A DNA stretch of 64,000 nt, taken from contig OZ037771.1 of NCBI GenBank assembly GCA_964035545.1, forward strand, positions 11,660,480 to 11,724,479. The letters are read 5' to 3'. Positions 24,104 through 35,841 of this stretch are shown piece after piece. The translations under genes and the position numbers were made by a program. The stretch's first letter is position 1. Every line of letters begins with the position of its first letter. The notes beneath the pieces are model-generated. The model was given only the letters and a program-made list of their open reading frames with translations, had not been told where the DNA came from and did not search any database. This stretch comes from Bugula neritina (lineage: Eukaryota; Animalia; Bryozoa).

Positions 24104-25250
24104 ATGAGTATAAATACCGAGTTCCCAGGTAAGCTTGCTTAGATCTAACACTCCACTAATGGAAATAGATCTCACCTCAGTCAACTCTGATTTAATCGAT
24201 CTGATTGAATCACAGTTACTGGAGACAGAGTCACACGTGAATGACGACGAGGACATAGTAATGGCGGACGATCTACTAGATCTGGAGCTTGATACTATGT
24301 CTCTCAGTCAGTTTACACGTTCTGACACAGTCTCTCGAGTGCCGTATAAAAAGATGTATGACTCTCAGACTAGTAACAGTCGATTGTCATCAGAATTATG
24401 CTGTAAAGATCAAATTCGATCTAACAATAATTCTGCTCTTTTAGACGCCACTCGCTCTTCCAACTACGGAGACATGCCACCACTAGAGCTAGCCTGGAAC
24501 GGCGAGACACCTCCCACATCTCTACCTGACGTGCTACTCCAACAGCATAGCTGGGTCGCACCAGAAACAGAAGAGCAGATTCAGCTACACCGCGGCCATG
24601 ATGAATGCACCACCTGCAGGCTGTGTCAGCAGCACTTCTCTACCCATCGCCGTTTGCGCGTCCATGTACCGCAACACTTCTTAACTACCCTCTGTCCCTG
24701 TGGTGAATTTAGTTACCACAGGGACTACATCCTCAGACACCAGCGCACCATGGAATGCCATGTGGGGCACCTATATGATGTGGATCAATATAACTTCCCC
24801 ACCTTCCTCAACCTGATCAAGCCTTTCATTAAAGACCTCCCCCGTTTTGAACGACTGAAACAAGGATTCCCCTCCCCTCGCATCATCACTCATGGACCGT
24901 GTCCGAAACCCCCCAGACACAGGAAACCTACAAAGCCACCCCACTCTCCCCAAGCACAAACTGTACCTCGACCCACCACCCTACCTCGAGTCCTGCTCCA
25001 AAGAGTCGAGATACCTCGGAAACGACGCTCCCCCTCTCCCGTTTCTATACAACCTTCTTCTAAACGCCGCTGGCATTCCTCCTCAAAACGGCAGGCTCCC
25101 AACGCTTGCAACTTAAAAGAAGTTGAAATCCGCATGTACGACTTGGAAGCTGAGGTTCAACGGTTAACCCCCAGAGTTGCTGCAGCCGCCTCAGAGCTGA
25201 AGACTCTCAAAGCCTTTGTGGCCCTACTCAAACGAGGCGACCAAGACTGA
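24104..25250 (+). CDS. Element B accessory gene: spliced tandem zinc-finger and coiled-coil protein (about 276 aa); exons 24104-24128 and 24445-25250
   Basis: agtATG...CCAG|GTAAGC donor and ctaac..ctcttttAG acceptor give an in-frame phase-1 join. Fingers: CRLC-x12-H-x3-H and CPC-x12-H-x5-C. The ORF is intact. Confidence 0.8.
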
Positions 25251-25958
25251 TGATGACAGTATCCTCCCTCCCTACTTCTCTAACTATCCGCACCTGCAGG
25301 TGGTGACAATCTCTCTCTCTCTCCGTTCATTCCTCCTCTGGCCGTATCTGATCTCGGTGCTACATGATCTCCGTATGTGGATTGTATTATTCTTTTTGTT
25401 ATATTTTTTATGTCAATACGTAATTTTGCTCAATAGTGTGTAAATTCCCTTGGGGAATATGTCCACCTTACGTGATGTTCAGATCTTATTTTTTTTTTGG
25501 GTTTTTTTTATAATATTTTGTTTTATATTTTTTGTTGTTGTGGGTGAATATCAGGAAGGTGTGCTTCCTGCTGGGGGGGGGGCGGTGTAATGGGGCGTGG
25601 TTTACGCGTCACGCGTACCCCCCTGCCAATCACAGAGAGTGATTGGCAACTATTGTATTAAGCCAAGCAGAACAATTATTAGTTAATTAACGTGTACTTG
25701 CAGCAATGTAAAGTAGCAATCGTGGTGATACTTATAGAGATTTTTACATTATATTATTACAGTTTATAATAAAGTTTACAAACGAAACTACCGGTGAGTT
25801 GCTTGTGACTAAAGGCCAATAACTCACTAAAAGCCCACATAATCATTGTGCATCGCACAACAGTATTACAGTGTATTACAGTGTATATTGCAATACAATA
25901 AAATTTGCATTAAAGTGTTGGACATTGTTTTGTAGAGATTTTATATTATCTATGTTAT

Positions 25959-26578
25959 GTGGCATTTAAAAAGGTAAATGAAGGGATTTATATTCAAAGT
26001 CGACATGGGGCTGATCTCTTTGATGTGGCTCAGTTCAAATTTAAGGCCCATACTACCAAACACCTAGTCAGAGAGATGTTGTTTGCTGATGACAGCACTT
26101 TGGTGGCACATTGCGCTGCAGATATGCAAGTGCTAGTGAACAACTTTGCAAAAGCAGCGGCTCAGTTTAGCTTAAAATTCAACATTAAAAAGACAGAATG
26201 CATGTACCAGCCAATCAAATTTATTCAGCCTTCACCTGAACCTGAAGTTGTCATGATAGATCAAGAACCAGTTGTACTTGCCTCAGACTTTACTTATCTA
26301 GGAAGCACTGTTTCCTGTACGGCAAAAATAGATAAAGAGCTACGGAGCAGACTAGGCAAAGCAAGTGCGGCTTACGGAAAGCTGCAGCAGGGACTCTGGA
26401 ACAACAGACATGTATCTATAAGGGTAAAGTGTAAAGTTCAGAGCGGTGGTGCTTTTAAGCCTGCTGTATGGAGCAGAAACTTGGACAATATACAGGACAC
26501 AGATAAAGAAACTAAGCGCTTTCATGATGAGGCAACTAAGAGACATAATGGCTGTAAAATGGTATGACAAAATTACGA
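25959..26578 (+). mobile_element. RTE-clade non-LTR retrotransposon (LINE) reverse transcriptase fragment, frameshifted
   Basis: Motifs MLFADD, KFNIKKTECM, FTYLGS and LLYGAETWT are typical of the RTE RT C-terminal region. Confidence 0.85.
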
Positions 26579-26579
26579 G

Positions 26580-28006
26580 CTTACAGCTCGGGATGTTATT
26601 GTGCAGCTCCAAGGGCTTAGGAGAGATCCTAAGACTACCTTGAGGGAGCACGCTACCGTAGTTGAGCGGCTAGCACAAGTCGCCTATGGTGACTTGCCTG
26701 CGAATGGTCGGCAGAGTCTGGCATTAGATGCTTTTTTTCAGTCTATTAACAACCTAGGGCTGAAGCAACACCTGCTGGTAGCTGAAGTTGAGACCATGGA
26801 TCAAGCTCTCAGGTTTGGGAATGCTTATTTCCAAGCCCACAGTACGTGCCGGCTTGGGGCGACAGCACAAGAAGTCGAGGCCGACGACAACTTGTCGACA
26901 TTGACGCTGTCGGCCAAGACGGCTGTACATGTCACCACGGCGGCAGCCAACGAGCCGACTAGCCGACTAGCTTGACCACAAGCTTGGTTCGAGAGCTGTT
27001 AGCTAAGATCAAGCAACTACACCAACAGCCGACAGCCGAGCGATCTACCAGGTTGCCGACAGCTGTCGTCGGCAGGCGGGGCTCCATATGCTAGGGTTGT
27101 GGTAATGGTGAGCACCTTATACAAAGCTGCCCCCATGGTAGAGGGAGGCAATTAAACGAAAACGGTCCATGGTAGACTCCGCCGACCGTGGGCCTCGGTT
27201 TAATTTTCCGAGGCCAAGGCCCAAACCCAATCGAGTGAGGAGGCCGCCTTCGCCAGAGTGGCAAGCCCCAAGGAGAGTTAGTAAGCCACAAGGCCTGCCA
27301 AAACCTCCGGCTTTGGCACTCAAAAACCGCTTTGAAGGTTTGCCTGATGAGGGGATGTACGACAAGTGGGAGCGAGACAGTGACTTCCATCGGTTGCCCA
27401 CAGGAGCACAAGACCGAGCATTCACTCGGCCGACCGTGTGTGAGCAAGACCGAGATGTAACCCGCTTGCCCACTAGACGTCGACGACCCCCTCCCAACTG
27501 AAATGCGCAGCTGCATTCCCAACTCCATGCACATGAGATGTTACCTCCAAAGACGAACTGCTCAGTGAGCGCCCAGCCATATGGAAGCAGCTATTTCTTC
27601 CCCGGTAAACTTGTCGGAAAAGCAGTCACTTTCCTATTGAATACTGGGTGCACCACTAATCTTCTGAACTGGCGTCTGTTTGACACACTCAGTGCTAGGG
27701 ACCGGGCGAACCTGGGGCCATTTGAGGGAGAACACAGCACATTGGCTGACGGGTTGTGTATTCCTTTTTATGGCGTGATAGAGTTGACTGGTAGAGTCCG
27801 TGATCAGGCGATCAGCAAGACCTTCATCGTCAGTCAACTCAAGGAGGACGCCATCTTAGGCATGCCATTTCTGAAGCGACACAGGTGCCACACTGACTTT
27901 AACAAGTTTGCGGTAGTGATGGCCGGGCGTGAGCTGGCTTGTGTGGACCGATTTGGCAGACCCTTGGTGGGGGAAGTGCAGATAGTACAGCGCTGTACTG
28001 TACCTG
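26580..28006 (+). mobile_element. Fragment D: truncated Gypsy gag-pro of the same lineage (no LTRs)
   Basis: Gag LQGLRRDPKTTLREHA..., degenerate knuckle C*GCGNGEHLIQSC, slip site ATTAAAC with hairpin, and protease FLLNTGC (D to N). It ends at the start of the element C LTR. Confidence 0.85.
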
Positions 28007-28121
28007 TGTGGTGGCTCGTGGAGCTACCAGCAACGTAGTAACGGGGAATTATTATTTCCCCCACAAGTGCGGCACGGGGTTACGTAGATGACCCGGAACA
28101 ATGGACAGCCAATTAGCTATA

Positions 28122-28876
28122 CACAGGATAGTTAAGGGCAACCTTTTAGCTGCAACTGCCTTGCTGAGGTTTGCATTGTAAACATATAAGAGTTCAGTAC
28201 CAGTAAAATAAAATCTCACCTAATTGTGCTAGAGTCAAAATTTAAAAACTATGTTGTAGATCTTCTTTTTCCCCAGTGTATATTTTTTGGAAATTTCAAT
28301 TTTCATTTTTTTTGCAAAGTTATAGGCAAAGAACTGCCCGATTTTGGCCAATTTTGCCTGAAAAGCTGACTTTTCAGTACCAGTAAAATATCTCAGCAGC
28401 AAAACATGATATCTGAATAAAAATTGCACTGCTGGAATCCTGAGATATTTCTCCAGTGTAAATTTTTTTCTTTTTCCAATAACTCTTCTAGATTGCCCAT
28501 AAATTGGTGTTTTATACACTGAAAATGCCATATTTTTTCAAAGATAATTAGCAGCGCGCAGCACTTCACGCTCCAATGAGCACGTAGAGATGAGAAGATA
28601 TTAGTGCGTACATGCTAATTACAGGCTTGCTAGCTGGCAGGCTATAATGAATAGCTTGCTTTGCACTTTGTTTATGTAGCACTCATAATGGAATGTTGAT
28701 AGATAACGCAGCCCTAATGAAGGTTGCTGCTTATTGGTTGTAGTTTGATTTTAGGCTAAACAACTGCAAGTAGGCAACACGCATGCCACCCGCAGAGTGT
28801 ATTATTCAAGAACCCAAACTACATTTTGAGAGAAATTTATGATATTCTTAGTGCAGATGCCCTTAACTATCCTGTG
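28122..28876. mobile_element. 755-bp non-autonomous DNA transposon (MITE; TA target, Tc1/mariner-like) inserted in the element C LTR
   Basis: 19-bp perfect TIRs cacaggatagttaagggca / tgcccttaactatcctgtg flanked by TA on both sides. Removing it restores an LTR colinear with 506-811. Confidence 0.9.
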
Positions 28877-29138
28877 TACTGACAGTTATTAGTAGTAGTA
28901 GTAGTTTCCTGCTGTTTATTGAGTTGAGAATAGAGTGTTGAATTGTATGGACGTAGAAATTAACTGAATGTATTTGTATAGTTTTTGTGATGTATTCTTG
29001 TGTGTAAAATATATTAGTATTAACTCGACTTATCCTGGTGAAGTTCTCTAGCAAATAAATAGACTTTCTTGATTGCACATCAACCCAAATCTGAAAATTA
29101 TAACAGTGGTGGCAGCGGTGGGATAGTGCACATCCAAG

Positions 29139-32100
29139 ATGGAGACTGAAGACGCTGGAACGCAACCACAGCCAGTAGAAGGTGAGCGTAGAGATGATCT
29201 GATTCCTGTGAATCATGTGGTAGAAGAGCGAAGAGTTCCTCGAGAGCTGAACGAGGACCGCTACCGGTTGAAGGCGCCCACATTCACGGGCGAAGAAGAA
29301 GTGAAGCAATTCATCCAAGAGTTTAGCGACGTAATGGACGTCACCCAGTGGCCACCTAGGATGGCCCTGCTGAAGCTCAGAATGTCATTGATGGACAAGA
29401 CCAAGCCTACGGGTTAGGACCAGACATCGATAGTATCTTTGCTTTTCTGCGGGCCCGCTTCGGCATCTCTGCTATAGATGCCTGGGCCCGTCTGCAAAAG
29501 CTGCAGCGTGATCTCCACACCCCGCTACAAGAACATGCCACCACGGTCATGAAGCTGGCGTAGATTGCGTATAGCGAGCTACCTCAAGCTAACCGTGAAA
29601 AGTATACTTTTGGCGCCTTTGTACAGTCTGTCAACAACTTGGAACTACACCACCAATTTCTAGTTAGGGGAGTTACCACAGTCGGAGGTGCTCTGGCAGA
29701 AGGGGAAGCTTATCTCCTGGCAAACCAGATGCATAGAAATCGCGGGAACTTCCACCAGGTGGAGATAGAGCCCACGGACACGGCGGCTGATCAGGAGGAG
29801 GAGCCCTCCGCGACCGCTGCCGTGGAACAGTTAACTGCCGCATCGAAGGTCGCCCAACTAACCGACATGTTGGCTAAACTGATAGCAACACTGATACCTC
29901 AAACCCAAGTGGGCACTGCTTACGAGCCTCCGCGGCCGCCGGCGCCGCCACCGGGGGAAACAGTCAGTTTTTGCTGGGAATGTGGAAAAAAAGGACATTT
30001 CCGCAGATAATGCCCTCTCCTGGCTTTGGGGTTAAACTACCGCGGCCCATAGATGTTCCCGTCTCATGCGGGCCGGCGATGAATCCTCCAGAGAAGAGGA
30101 AACATAGGTCACCCAGACGGGTACCGCGTGCGGACAACCAGGAGTGGCGACAGCCACGGCAGACAGGTAAGGGGCTCCGCCCCGCTGTTACCTTCTCTAT
30201 GCCACTCCACAACCGATTCGACGGGCTCCCAGCCCAAGAATCCGGAAAGGAACCAACACGGGCAACTGGAAACTTAACATCCCCACCTCCGAGGACACAC
30301 TACCACCGTCCCAAACCATCTCCCTCGCGACCTAAAGCGAGAGAGGTGCTCCCTGCGAGAGTAAGGCACAAAGAGAGAGTACAGGTACAGCCCCATGGGA
30401 ACAGCTATTTCTTGCCCAGTAAAATAGAGGGCAAAGCTGTTACTTGCCTACTTGATTCGGGCTGTACCACGAACCTCATGAGTCGCCAACTCTTTGATAC
30501 CCTCAGCACTAGGGTCAGGGGCAAGATGGAACCGTACGAGAAGGAGTATGGCACCCTGGCTGACGGGTCGTGCATTCCCTTCTATGGTATAATTGAGCTG
30601 ACGGGACGCGTCCGAGATCAAACAATCCAAGAGACGTTTATCGTCAGTCAGCTCAAGGAGGACGCCATCCCCGGAATGCCATTCCTGAAACGGCACGGAT
30701 GTCACATCGACTTCAGCAAGTCTGCAATGGTGACGTCCGGGCGAGAACTGGCTTGTGTCGACAAGTTCGGCCGCCCCTTAGTGGGAGGCGTCCAGGTGGT
30801 ACGAAACTGTACCATACCAGGCCGCTCCCGGATTACTATTCACTGCAGAGTGAATGATAACCGGATCTCTGGACTCGGGGTAGTTGACGGCGCGCACGAA
30901 AGAATCCAACTTGCCAGCAGTTTAAACCAACTGACTGAGCGAGGAGAGATCTTAGTGCAGTGTGTAAACCCCTTTACTGAGTCTATCAAGCTACCAGCTG
31001 GGTCTATGCTGGGCCGGTTCCACTCTGTCCAAGAGGAGGACGTGGGCCCGTCGCTGGGAGATGCGACAGAAGAACCCCCTCGATGCCTCAAACTGGGGCG
31101 GGGGACTGTTCCAAAACACATCAGGGAGTTATATGAGACAGCTTGTGGTGGCTGTGCGAGCAACGAGGAACGCCAGGCTATGGCGAAGTTGCTACGCGAC
31201 TATGGTGATGTGTTCAGTAGCCGAGATCACGACGTGGGACTGACTGGAGCTGTCAGACACGAGATACCGCTGACTGCAGGGACAGTCCCTATTCGGCAAC
31301 TCACACGCAGTTTGGGGCCGAAGAAGGAGAAGGAGGTCAGCCGACAAGTCCAGGCTCTTCTGGACCGCGGCCTCATCGAGCCAGCCCACAGTGCGTGGAG
31401 CTCGCCGGTCATATTGGTTCAGAGGAAAGACGGCAGTTGGCGGTTCGAGAAGGTACGGGCGATAGAGGACTGGGTCACCCCCAAGGCTTGACCGGACTCC
31501 GGGCTTTCTTGGGTCTGTTAGGGTATTACAGACAATACATACCAGACTTTGTGGGGATAGCGCAGCCGTTAAAGCGGCTCACCGCAAAGGGAGTGACGTG
31601 GCAGTGGACCCCGGTCGAACAAAGAGCGTTCGACCGCCTCGAGGGTTGCCTACTGACGGCACCCATCTTGGCATACCCAGACCCTACTCTGGAGTACATT
31701 CTCGACACAGACGCCAGTGACCAGAATGTTGGCGCTGTGCTGTTTCAAGTGCAGGAAGGCCGAGAAGTAGTAGTAGCTTACTACAGCAAGTCTCTCTCAC
31801 CCACTGAACGAAATTACTGCACTACCCGCAAGGAGTTGCTGGCAGTAATCAAGTCAGTGAAGCACTTCAGACCATACCTGTCGGCAGGAAGTTCCAGCTG
31901 CGTACGGTTCATGCCTCCCTGATCTGGTTGTGCAAGAGAGCAGAACCGTCCAGTCAGGTTGCCCGGTGGCTTGAAATCCTAGCTGAGTTCTCCTACCGGA
32001 TCGAACACTGACCGGGCAGGAGACACAGCAATGCGGACGGTTTGAGCCGCCGACCTGATGGAGGTTGCAAACAGTGTCTCAACATCGAGAAGAGGGACGG

Positions 32101-34111
32101 AGGTCCCCCACGATGTGAGTTAGAGACACTGGCTCACCACGGAGCACAGTTTGACTGGGACCAGGGTCAACTAAAACAGAAGGTTGATGAGTCCCCAGAG
32201 GTTGTACAAAACCTCCGCGCCAACCCTGTTCTGGCAGATAATGTTCGAGAGCTGAAGAAGCTTCAAGAAGAGCTGCCTGGGGTGGTGGCAGACATATATC
32301 GGGCCAAAAAGGAAGGGCGACGACCCAGCGAGAAACAACTACGGCAGGGATGCGCCGAGTTCCGACTGTTCTGTCAACGTTGGGACTCGCTTAGGATCGG
32401 GCAAGATAGTCTGCTGACCAATTCCTTAGCCGCCAACGGCAGACACCCAGAGAGGAAAAGGGTGGTCTGCCCCACTGCCATACGCCGTGAGTTAATTTGG
32501 GACACTCACAAGCAGGCTAACGCAAGAGTCAAGAGAGTGATCTTTAAATTACAACTCCGGTGGTATTGGCCAAGATGGGGCATGATGTCCGACTCAGAGT
32601 GAAGCAGTGTGAAATCTGCCAGGCCAGCAAGCGTGGCCGTTTCCCTGGTGAAGCGGGACGGCGAAGGTTTTATGCTGGAAGGCTGTGGCAAGCAGTAGCT
32701 GTCGACCTGGTCGGACCCATGCCCCTAACCCCCAGAGGCAATAGTTGGATCTTGGTATTGACCGACCACTTTACCAGGTGGGCGGACGCTCTGGCTATCC
32801 CAGATGCGTCAGCCCCGACAGTGGCCAGGGTGCTAGACCAACATGTATGCTCTTACTTCGGTCTCCCCGAACAGATACACTCTGATCAAGGCACTCAGTT
32901 CCAGTCTCAACTGATTAGCAACCTTTGCCGCCTCTGGGGAGTGAATCAGAGCAGGACCACCCCTTACCATCCCCAAGGTAACGGGGTGGTGGAGCGCAAT
33001 AACCGGATGCTAGGTGATGCGCTCCGGAGTCTACTCCTCAGACGCAGTCAGGAGGAATGCGACACGGTGCTGCCGCAGGTCATGCATGCATACCGTACCA
33101 CCCCACTCACCAATACTAGTGAGACCCCAAACCTCTTGATGCTCGGGAGAGAGACTCGTGTTCCTGACCATCTTACCTACCACGTTCCAGAGAAAGACAG
33201 CTCGATTCACGAGTATTCCAGTGAACTTGTGGAACGGATGAGGGTCGCACACGAAAATCTGCGAGAAAAGCAGCGGCAGGTGCGGCGCGAGGATTCCGAA
33301 GAACCACCCCTCTATTAGACAGGAGATTGAGTGTGGATAGTCAATTACCGTAGGCCTCGCGGACAAGCGGCTGAGTTACAGCCTAAGTTCGTGGGACCCT
33401 ACGTGATAGTCGAAGCTATGCCTAACCATACCTACAAGATTGAGCACTCAGGACAGGTGTCCATCCAAAATGAGGCTCGCTTGAAGCTGTATTGGGCTAG
33501 CCCAGACGCAATGGGAGAAGCTCCCCTGTTGTTGAAGCCCAGGAGGCATACGACAACGCGTGGACGACGGCGGCATGGACCAGAGTATGAGATGGTCATC
33601 CCGCGGGAGGACGACTTGGTACGAGACGAGCGACCGCTTCTACCCACAAAAGTGTGTCCGCCGCCTCCTATACCAAGTCTGATTCCATCACTTCCAGAAG
33701 CCGAGCCGGTTCCGGAAGTGCAAACCCCCACGGAGGGAGGGGCTCCATCCAGAGAAGAGGTAGAAATAACCACTACCGGTGAATTAGAAGCGCCGCCAGA
33801 GGCCCCGGCTAGTCCACCGGTGAGTGCGCCACCTCCCCTAGAGCAGGACAACCCCATCATATTTAAAAGTTTTTGTATGTGACTGCATTGAAAGCGGCGC
33901 GTATGAAAGTCTAGCAGGGAACTGTACGGGAAAAGTATCGAGCAATTGTGGGAGTTGTCAACACCCTGGAAAAGTTAACTTTTGTATCGGCGGATTTAGA
34001 AATAAAATTCATCCGCCGGGTGTGCAAAGTCCTAGTCACGCACCTCAACCACGTTGCTCGATCTTTTCTTATGCTGATGCAGTCAAGAGCAGACGTGTTC
34101 CTAGTCAATAG
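29139..34111 (+). pseudogene. pol: Decayed gag-pol of element C
   Basis: Multiple stops and frameshifts; a 480-bp deletion relative to B joins GSWRF to EKVRAI at 31446/31447. Confidence 0.88.
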
Positions 34112-34137
34112 TTCAAACCATTTCACAAATATTCAGT

Positions 34138-34875
34138 ATGTCATACGATAGCGGATCGTGGGGTGAGTTAACTATGTCTTGATATGGAAACTAGATTGCA
34201 TCACTCAGCTCTAACTCGTCTGAGTCAATTGAGCTGGAGATAGGTTAGTGAACTACAGTGGTAGGAACTCAGATTGACTTAGAGATTTCACATTCTCACT
34301 GCAGTATGTGTTCTGTTCCAACTACTCACTACCATAAATCTCAACGAGTGCTAACTGAACGAGAAGTTGTCAGGCTGTCCAAGGCCGACAACACTACAGT
34401 GTATTGTACTAACGCTGTTGAAACTCTTTCAGGTTACACTCGACCCGCTACAACCAGGGTACGGGATAGAGCACCTCTCGCTCCACACCACGAGGAGTAT
34501 ACCAATGGCAAACGACCTGGACCACTGCGCCGCCGCTGGCGGTGGGTGTCGCCGGAGACGGAGACAAAGATAGAAGCGGCCTGGGGACCCAAAGGAAGGA
34601 CACAGTGCCAGATTTGCTATGATGAGAGCCCGTCTCACCACTCCCTGAGGCTACACGTCAATGCCCATTTCTTACTAACATTCTGTCCATGCGGACACAA
34701 CGACGTCTACCCCTACTCGGTCACCAGGCATCGAGCGGCTGGATGCTTCCCGGGGGAGAACTATGTAGTAGATGCTGATCTCTATCCGGAATTTCTGGCT
34801 CTAATACGGCCCTTAGTGAAGAAGGCGATGTTACTGGCCGTTCTAACCTCCAGTTTCCAGAATGTGCTAGACTAG
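34138..34875 (+). CDS. Element C accessory zinc-finger gene (spliced, C-terminally truncated); exons 34138-34162 and 34433-34875
   Basis: agtATG...TGGG|GTGAGT donor, TACTAAC branch site at 34407-34413, ctctttcAG acceptor, in frame. Fingers: CQIC-x12-H-x3-H and CPC-x12-H-x4-C. Homology ends at about 34872. Confidence 0.75.
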
Positions 34876-35608
34876 TTCATTCAGTCTACAAGTGTCTATG
34901 TCAGGGCTATGTTTATTCCAGGGCTTACAGAAGTAGTATTAAATATCCCTGGCTGTGAGCCGTGTTCATGGGCACCTGTTCAGACATGTCTAGATTTCCC
35001 TAAAATCGAGCTGTGGCCGCTGACCCCTAAAGGAAAAACCTTTGTGGACTTCAGCTACCTGTTGCAGCATGACTCTCCCACTCTAAGCATGGCAAGCATG
35101 CTCTCAAGTCTCAAGTTCTTGACGGAATTTGATGGCAAGGTTATTTCACTTGACTTTGTTTTTTGTAAACTGGTTTGTGACAATTTTTCAGCCTTTATGC
35201 CAGAGATGGGCAATTGGCAGCCTGCTGGCCACATCACGCCCTCCTACTGTTTTAATCAGGCCCTCAGCCGATACTAGCAATTCTTATAATTTCATTGGTT
35301 TCTTAATCATTCACAGAATGTTTATACTATGCAACACTGGCCAATCATGAGCATGACTCATGAGAAGATTCTGACCAATGGGTCATTCCGTGTCAAATCA
35401 ACCAAATTTCAGAAAATCCAACGCCTTTACATCTCAGATTTTGTTCATATTTACTCCAAATGGACCCACACATGTCTTGAGTACTATTCTTGAATATTTC
35501 TGACCTGACACAAAAATCTTTTGAGAAATGACTACTTCTGTGAACAAGGGTTGGGAAAAATTTTGATGAAAATTTGTGATTTTCACTTTTAGACCAATTT
35601 ATAAATGT

Positions 35609-35841
35609 CCATATCTCAATCATTTTTCTAGACTGAGCCCTAAAATTTGGTGTGTGATCTGATAACGGCTATCAATTTGAAATCTTTCAAAGTTCACAAA
35701 AATTTGCCAATATTCAATAGCTTAGCATATATGCACACAAAGTATTCTGCAGTATGTGTTACTACTAGTGCAAATTAATAGGCATTATCAAATCACACGC
35801 AAAATTTTAAGGCTCAGTCTAGAAAAATGATTGAGATATGG
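35609..35841. repeat. Inverted repeat with about 57-bp arms; probable foldback/MITE remnant
   Basis: ccatatctcaatcatttttctagactgagcc...gataa (35609-35665) pairs with ttatc...ggctcagtctagaaaaatgattgagatatgg (35785-35841). Confidence 0.7.

Larger units (their letters stand above)
18432..25862 (+). mobile_element. Element B: full-length but decayed Ty3/Gypsy LTR retrotransposon (7431 bp)
   Basis: 277-bp LTRs at 18432-18708 and 25586-25862 (about 7 differences). GTAT TSD at 18428-18431 and 25863-25866. tRNA-Leu PBS and PPT present. Domain order PR-RT-RH-IN. Confidence 0.97.
28007..34875 (+). mobile_element. Element C: 3'-truncated, decayed Ty3/Gypsy element; 5' LTR 28007-29105 carries a MITE; RT core deleted
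   Basis: LTR homologous to 506-811; PBS 29107-29124; gag from 29139; slip site 30031; PR, RH and IN motifs (AVDLVG, HSDQG, VERNN, GPY). No 3' LTR found. Confidence 0.9.

Noticed and set aside
24135-25250. Accessory ORF as an env gene, or the unspliced 371-aa ORF as the true product
   Set aside because: There is no signal peptide or transmembrane segment. The N-terminal roughly 100 aa lie in the predicted intron, and the equivalent frame contains stops in A and C. An alternative isoform in B is not excluded.
28131-28867. piggyBac (TTAA) interpretation of the MITE
   Set aside because: The inverted repeat extends beyond TTAA out to TA-flanked CACAGG ends, so TTAA is internal to the TIR.
506-29105. 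LTRs at 506-811 and 28007-29105 as the two ends of one giant element capturing the TRIM gene
   Set aside because: The first is preceded by a PPT (a 3' LTR) and the second is followed by a PBS (a 5' LTR), and they are substantially diverged. They belong to different insertions.
12970-34641. Many antisense and alternative-frame ORFs within the retrotransposons
   Set aside because: They are expected shadows of GC-rich coding sequence, not conserved between elements, and carry no motifs.
34909-35277. 122-aa ORF after element C
   Set aside because: No recognisable motif, homology within the window or splice context; probably part of an unrelated repeat.
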